A DNA stretch of 64,000 nt from Anaerolineae bacterium. GTDB taxonomy: Bacteria; Chloroflexota; Anaerolineae; Aggregatilineales; J027. The notes under the pieces were generated by a model, which worked only from the letters and a program-made list of their open reading frames with translations, made no database searches and was not told where the DNA came from. A program made the position numbers and the translations under genes. The stretch covers positions 85,857-149,856 of the forward strand of contig JAJTXY010000010.1 of assembly GCA_021463865.1 (NCBI GenBank). The letters are read 5' to 3'. Below are positions 58,724 to 64,000 of this stretch, piece by piece. The stretch's first letter is position 1; the number at the start of each line of letters is the position of its first letter.

Positions 58724-61114
58724 ATGCTGGAAAAACCCATTCATTCGGTTGAGGTGCTGCCCGTCACACCCCCTAACCCCCTTTTTGGTCGAGCGGGTGA
58801 ACTGAAACGCCTGCGTGATTTAGCAGCGGCGGGGGATGTCGTTTGGCTCTACGGAGCATCAGGAATTGGGCGGCGTGGGTTGGCTGCCAGTGTCGCCGCT
58901 CAGTTTGTAGAGCGTCCCGGCGGTGTGTTGTGGTTTCCGGTTTATTATGACGATGTACTCATGCTGTCCAATCGAGTGGCACGCACCTACGGGATTTCGG
59001 CCTTAGCAACCGATGATGTCTCCACCCAACTGGATATGGCGCAAGCATTGTTGGAACAAAATCGCCCCCTGCTGGTTTTAGATGGGCCATTGTCGGTTGG
59101 GGTAATTACCCAATTTTTAAAACAATGTATCCCCCCACACCACCCCGTTATGATTACCAGCGGTGTCCCAGTAGACGGCCATTGGACGATTTTTCAGCTA
59201 GATAAGCTGAATGACAAAGATGCTGAACAATTTTACCGCCACGCCGCCCAGTTAGATGAACAAACCCGCACTGCTCTGCTTGCGCCGTTCCTGCATTACA
59301 TTCAAGGGCATCCTCTTGGTCTTGTGGTAGCGGCCAAACAAATCACGAATGCCAATGTCACCCAAACGCATTTTACCAGCCTGCTGCCTGAAACACCCGT
59401 TGGCCCCGAAAACCGGACATTAGGCGTACTGGCAGCGGCCTATGGACTGTTGGATGCTCCTGCGCAAGGGCTATTCTTGCTACTGGGATCATTATTCACT
59501 GACCGCATTGGCATCCCATTATTAAGCGCGATCAGTGGCGTCTCGGAGCGCACCCTACCGGGAATTCTTCAACACCTAGTCAAACGGGGTTTTTGCGACG
59601 AAATCCGCCTCGCCGACCACCCCCCCTTTTATAGGGTTCATGATTTGGCACGGACATTTGCCCGTTCACGTTTGCAGGCCCAAAACAAATTAGAGGCTAC
59701 CCGCAATCGCATTTTGAACAACACTATGAAATTTGTGAAGTTGCACGCGGGTGAACCTGATCCCACCGCCTATGACCATCTGGCACGTGAGATGGATAAT
59801 CTATGGGGTACAGCCCGTTACACCGCCACCACCCAGCAATTTGATACGCTGGAGACCCTATTTAAACTATTGGGACAGCACGGCACGCAAAACGTTATTC
59901 ACGCACGCGGCTATCAGGGATTTTACGCACTGTTGGGTCGCTTGCTGACCAGTCAATCCGAGAAACCGGGGCAATCTATTAAGCCCTTTGTGCCGGAAGC
60001 AACCCAAGAATTTAAGACCCTCCCACCCGAATTACCGCCTCTCCCTCCCGATGAACCGACTCGTATGGTGATTGATACCGAGGCCATCCGCACCCTGTCA
60101 CGGGAGAACCTTGAAATTGCCCTCGAAGAAGCCACTGCCAACAACAACCGCGCACAGGCGTTGAAATTGGCGATGGCGTTGGGCGATTGGTATACCCGCC
60201 ACAAGCAACCCGAACTCGCCATACCCAAATATCAATTGGCCGTCACCCTCAGCCAAGAGTTAGGGGATGATAATCGGCGTTTGATGACCTATGAAAATTT
60301 GGCGGCGGTACTCCTGACTTTAAACGAACCCCAACAGGCACTTGAAGCCGCCCAACATGCAGTGGAAATGATTAACAGTGAACATTATCCGGGCCGCAAG
60401 GGGCGGATTGTCACGGTGATGGGCGATGCCTATGTTCTGGAGGGTGACTATGACAACGCCCTAAAGACCTATCAGGAAGCAGTCGAGATACTTGAAAAAT
60501 CGGGCGATGCCGTCGCCATTGGGTTAGCACAGGGCAAACTCGCCACAACCCTCCTAGACAAGGGCGATTTTCAGGAGGCTACGATTGTGCTGGCTCAATC
60601 GGCTGCTCGTTTTGAGCAGGTTGGACGCCGTGATTTACAGGGTCGCGCGTTGGGCAATCTCGGCACCGCGTTTGGCCGCATGGGTCGCTGGAAAGAAGCA
60701 GGGCAGCGGCATACGCTGGCACTGCAAATCGCCCGTGAAATGGGCGATATTGAGGACGAGCGTTTTCAATTAAGCAATCTGGCGTTTGTTGCCGAAGCCG
60801 AGAGCTATTACGATTGGGCCATCTATTACAGTCGGCAGGCGCTTTATTTGGCCCTCGTCGCCGGAGACCGAGCCTCCATTGCCCAGATCACCCTCGACTT
60901 GGGACGACTGCTCTTGACCGATGCCGGTCAACTGCCACAGGCAATCCGGCTGTTAGAAGCCTCGGTAGACCTTGACCCCTCCGACGATGCCCTGCGATTT
61001 TTGGGGCGTGCCAAAGGCCGTTATGATCGCTTAATACGGGAAGGGTACACTTTTGCTCCTATTGAAAGCGATTTGCAGGTCTACGCCCAAGCCGCATACG
61101 AGGCCAATGCCTAA
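58724..61114 (+). CDS. STAND (NB-ARC-like) NTPase-TPR protein with degenerate Walker A and no N-terminal effector
   Basis: LFGR..EL, GASGIGRR, LLVLD, GHPLGL, YRVHDLAR, then MalT-like TPRs. Confidence 0.8.
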   Translation: MLEKPIHSVEVLPVTPPNPLFGRAGELKRLRDLAAAGDVVWLYGASGIGRRGLAASVAAQFVERPGGVLWFPVYYDDVLMLSNRVARTYGISALATDDVSTQLDMAQALLEQNRPLLVLDGPLSVGVITQFLKQCIPPHHPVMITSGVPVDGHWTIFQLDKLNDKDAEQFYRHAAQLDEQTRTALLAPFLHYIQGHPLGLVVAAKQITNANVTQTHFTSLLPETPVGPENRTLGVLAAAYGLLDAPAQGLFLLLGSLFTDRIGIPLLSAISGVSERTLPGILQHLVKRGFCDEIRLADHPPFYRVHDLARTFARSRLQAQNKLEATRNRILNNTMKFVKLHAGEPDPTAYDHLAREMDNLWGTARYTATTQQFDTLETLFKLLGQHGTQNVIHARGYQGFYALLGRLLTSQSEKPGQSIKPFVPEATQEFKTLPPELPPLPPDEPTRMVIDTEAIRTLSRENLEIALEEATANNNRAQALKLAMALGDWYTRHKQPELAIPKYQLAVTLSQELGDDNRRLMTYENLAAVLLTLNEPQQALEAAQHAVEMINSEHYPGRKGRIVTVMGDAYVLEGDYDNALKTYQEAVEILEKSGDAVAIGLAQGKLATTLLDKGDFQEATIVLAQSAARFEQVGRRDLQGRALGNLGTAFGRMGRWKEAGQRHTLALQIAREMGDIEDERFQLSNLAFVAEAESYYDWAIYYSRQALYLALVAGDRASIAQITLDLGRLLLTDAGQLPQAIRLLEASVDLDPSDDALRFLGRAKGRYDRLIREGYTFAPIESDLQVYAQAAYEANA

Positions 61115-61142
61115 ATCAAACCACTGAAAATGGAGCCAGCAA

Positions 61143-61856
61143 ATGGACGACCCGCTTAGTTTACCCCTCCCCAAAGACCCCATCCAGCGCATCCAGCGTT
61201 TTGCCTATGACCTTGCATGGGGCGCGATTAACGAAAAATGGGATGCCAGTCTCAGCTATTTTCGGGGTGAATTGACCGACGGCGGCCCGCGCCAATATGT
61301 CCAAGAAGTCTGGGACAACCACCCGCCCGCCCTGAGCTTGATGCTGGCTCTCGGCTACATGACCATCGCTCGTGAAGGCAACCCGATTGTTGTCCAATTA
61401 ACCTCCAAGACTTTTGAACTACTCAATGCCCCTCCCCCAGTTTCGATATTTATCTCGTATCGCCGTTCCGTCAGCAGCGCCCTTGCCCTGTTCATCTGGT
61501 CAGAACTGCGCGTAGATGGCTTTATGCCATTTTTAGATATTCGTGGCATAGACCCCGGCGACGAATGGTACCCCCTGCTCGAACGACGGGTCAAAAACAG
61601 CACTATATTTATCGCTTGCATCGGCCCTTCCACCTTACAATCCGAATACTGCCAGCGCGAAATCCATTGGGCATTGGAAACCGCCAATACACGCATTATC
61701 CCCGTGCTGCATGGCGGATCTACCCTCGATGATTTGCCGGGAAGCCCTTTTCCAGAACTGCAACTCAAGAGCGTCATTTACATCCCCGAAGAAACCGCCT
61801 CTGCCATCTATACGGGCATGGAGCAGTTGCGTGGGGTATTCGGCCTATTTCGTTAA
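61143..61856 (+). CDS. TIR-domain protein with N-terminal wHTH-like domain
   Basis: IFISYRR, PFLD..I.PGDEW, SEYCQREI (catalytic Glu position), RIIPV. Confidence 0.88.
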   Translation: MDDPLSLPLPKDPIQRIQRFAYDLAWGAINEKWDASLSYFRGELTDGGPRQYVQEVWDNHPPALSLMLALGYMTIAREGNPIVVQLTSKTFELLNAPPPVSIFISYRRSVSSALALFIWSELRVDGFMPFLDIRGIDPGDEWYPLLERRVKNSTIFIACIGPSTLQSEYCQREIHWALETANTRIIPVLHGGSTLDDLPGSPFPELQLKSVIYIPEETASAIYTGMEQLRGVFGLFR

Positions 61857-61868
61857 TTGAGGACAACC

Positions 61869-62465
61869 ATGAGCCAAACTTGGGTAACACCTGTGACCTT
61901 AACCGGACGTGCTGTGCGACTTGAGCCACTCACCATTGATCGGCACACCGAAGGGTTATGGCAGGCCGTGTCGCCCGACACCTTTCAATATTTCGCCTCT
62001 GTGCCGGCCGAATGGACACTAGAGGGCTTTCGGAAGTATCTGCAAAATCTGCTGGCCGTTCCCGATATGTGCCCCTTTTGCCAAGTCGAGGTTGCCACCA
62101 ATAAACCTGTCGGCGTGACCACCTTCATGGAAATTCGCCCTGCCCATCGTGGGCTTGAAATCGGCAGCACATGGATTGGCAAAACCCATCAGGGTACGAC
62201 GATTAACCCCGAAGCCAAATATCTGCTGCTGCGCCATGCCTTTGAAAATCTCAAGGCCATTCGTCTACAACTGAAAACCGATTCGCGCAATCTGCAAAGC
62301 CAGCGGGCTATCGAAAAAATAGGTGCCAAACGCGAGGGCGTGCTGCGAAATCACTATATCATGCCCGACGGCCACTATCGCCACTCGGTTTATTTCAGTG
62401 TCACCGATGAGGAATGGCCTGAAGTCAAAGCCAAATTAGAGGCACGCTTGGGTTATGTGCCGTGA
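61869..62465 (+). CDS. GNAT acetyltransferase, RimJ/RimL type
   Basis: LEIGSTW, QGT.INPEAK.LLL.HAFE, N..SQRAIEKIGA.REG.LR. Confidence 0.88.
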   Translation: MSQTWVTPVTLTGRAVRLEPLTIDRHTEGLWQAVSPDTFQYFASVPAEWTLEGFRKYLQNLLAVPDMCPFCQVEVATNKPVGVTTFMEIRPAHRGLEIGSTWIGKTHQGTTINPEAKYLLLRHAFENLKAIRLQLKTDSRNLQSQRAIEKIGAKREGVLRNHYIMPDGHYRHSVYFSVTDEEWPEVKAKLEARLGYVP

Positions 62466-62500
62466 TGTTTGCGGGCTGAATTTGTTACGTTATACTACAT

Positions 62501-62520
62501 AATCAAACCGTGATTTGATT
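62501..62520. promoter_or_regulatory. Palindromic operator upstream of the Fe-S oxidoreductase
   Basis: AATCAAA-CCGTGA-TTTGATT just downstream of a TATACT -10-like hexamer. Confidence 0.45.
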
Positions 62521-62557
62521 TTTAGTTAAATACATTGTTGATTGGAGCGTTTTTATT

Positions 62558-64000
62558 ATGCCCGATGGTTTTCCCGATAAAGTGTGTACCAATCTCGATA
62601 CGCCCTGTCGCTGGACGATGTGGAATGTCGAAGGGCACGAGATGTATCTGTATATTCTCATGTTTGCCGCAACCCTGCTCTTAATCGGGCGGCTGTGGAT
62701 ACGCCTGCAAATTTGGCGCAAGGGGCAAGGCGAACTGCAATTTGACCACCTGCCCGAACGTATTGGGCGCGTCCTCAAATATGCGCTGGGCCAATCGCGT
62801 TTGGTACGGGATCGCGCCCCCGGCCTCATGCACGCAGGCATCTTCTTTGGGTTTACCGCCCTGTTTATCGGAACAGCCCTTGCTACAATTGACCAAGATT
62901 TTTTTGTCAAAATTCTCGATGAAAAATTACTCAAACACGCCGCCTATGTTGTCTATGAGGTTGCTCTAGACGCCTTCACGCTCGCCTTTTTGGGTGGACT
63001 CGGTTATGCCCTCTATCGCCGCAATGCCCTGCGTCCCAAAAAGTTAACCCTAACCGTTGGCTTTAACGCCGTTTTGTTCCAATTATTCCTGCTGGTACTG
63101 ACAGGCCTGTTTCTCGAAGCCTTCCGGCTGGCGGCCCTCAACGACTATATTGGCGACTCGTGGGGGCGCTATTCCTTCGCGGGGTGGACGCTGGCACAAG
63201 GACTGCTCATTTTGAGCGACAGCGAATCCCTTTGGCGTGATTGGCATGTCGGCATGTGGTGGTTCCACGCTCTTCAGGTCGCTGTGTTTATTGTGACTTT
63301 GGTAGATACCCCCCTCAAGCATACCATCTACAGTCCACTCAACATCTTCTTCAGCAACTTCCGTGAACCCGGCCAGCTTGCCAAACTAGATCTCGAAAAT
63401 CCCGACGTTGAGCAGTTTGGCGTGGGGCGTCTGACTGATTTCCGCGTGGCGCAGTTGATGGATGGCGATGCCTGTACTGAATGTGGACGCTGCCAAGCCG
63501 CCTGCCCTGCTTATCTAGCGGGAACACCACTGAACCCCAAGCAAATTATTCTCGATATTCGCTCCGCCATGAATCTCTACAGCGGGCCATTGGGAGTCGG
63601 GTTACATCCCTCTGCCGCCGCTGACCATAAATTCAATCCCGATGACATGCCAATTATCGGGGCGGAATATCAAGGACGTGAACTCCTCAGCAAAGATGCG
63701 TTGTGGGCTTGTACGACCTGCCGCGCCTGTGTTTATGAATGTCCAGTCTTGATTGAGCATGTGGACAGCATCGTGGATATGCGCCGCCATCTGGTTTTGA
63801 TGGAAGGCGAGCCACCAGCCCTACTCGGCACCACCTTTAACAACGCCGAACGTTCAGGCAATCCTTGGAATAACCGAGATTCGCGTCTGAAATGGACGGA
63901 AGAACTCGAATTTGAGCCGCCCATCATGGCCGAAAAGAAAAAGGTGGATGTGTTATATTGGGTGGGTTGCTCTGGGGCGTTTGATCCCAATTCGCAGCGT
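62558..64000 (+). CDS. FadF/HdrD-like membrane Fe-S oxidoreductase; 3' truncated, absent from the ORF track
   Basis: Own translation from ATG 62558 (MPDGFPDK..): TM region with HAGIFFGF and WWFH, CTECGRCQAACP, CTTCRACVYECP, start of CCG domain WVGC. Confidence 0.88.
   Translation, partial: MPDGFPDKVCTNLDTPCRWTMWNVEGHEMYLYILMFAATLLLIGRLWIRLQIWRKGQGELQFDHLPERIGRVLKYALGQSRLVRDRAPGLMHAGIFFGFTALFIGTALATIDQDFFVKILDEKLLKHAAYVVYEVALDAFTLAFLGGLGYALYRRNALRPKKLTLTVGFNAVLFQLFLLVLTGLFLEAFRLAALNDYIGDSWGRYSFAGWTLAQGLLILSDSESLWRDWHVGMWWFHALQVAVFIVTLVDTPLKHTIYSPLNIFFSNFREPGQLAKLDLENPDVEQFGVGRLTDFRVAQLMDGDACTECGRCQAACPAYLAGTPLNPKQIILDIRSAMNLYSGPLGVGLHPSAAADHKFNPDDMPIIGAEYQGRELLSKDALWACTTCRACVYECPVLIEHVDSIVDMRRHLVLMEGEPPALLGTTFNNAERSGNPWNNRDSRLKWTEELEFEPPIMAEKKKVDVLYWVGCSGAFDPNSQR

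Noticed and set aside
62503-63990. Short ORFs listed in the track at the right end
   Set aside because: Shadows of the long + strand Fe-S oxidoreductase that runs off the window

Overview
Gene-dense bacterial chromosomal window with about 50 CDS, roughly 50-55% GC by eye. The gene set (membrane-anchored baseplate-J-like gene in the alaS-ruvX-mltG block, several GT-C glycosyltransferases with repeated Ig-like tails, DUF4397/SH3 proteins, TIR protein) suggests Chloroflexota, probably Anaerolineae-like; this is inference. Core genes: sodA, nadD, fumC/aspA-family lyase, obgE, sppA, tyrS, alaS, ruvX/yqgF, mltG, ahcY, pdp. I saw no rRNA, tRNA, CRISPR array or transposase. Most notable: (1) an effector-less NB-ARC/STAND-TPR gene with a degenerate P-loop directly followed by a wHTH-TIR gene, a candidate split NLR-TIR system; (2) a seven-gene glycosylation island with five GT-C enzymes plus Pro/Thr-rich exported proteins as possible substrates; (3) a domesticated baseplate-J-like membrane protein; (4) an apparent G-rich to C-rich strand-skew flip at about 18 kb with a weak dif-like site; (5) two PstS-fold proteins that lack the usual phosphate-binding motifs; (6) a SUV3-like helicase with Zn-finger and HTH tail; (7) a frameshifted flavin amine oxidase. 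All product calls come from motif recognition in the translations; no searches were run.
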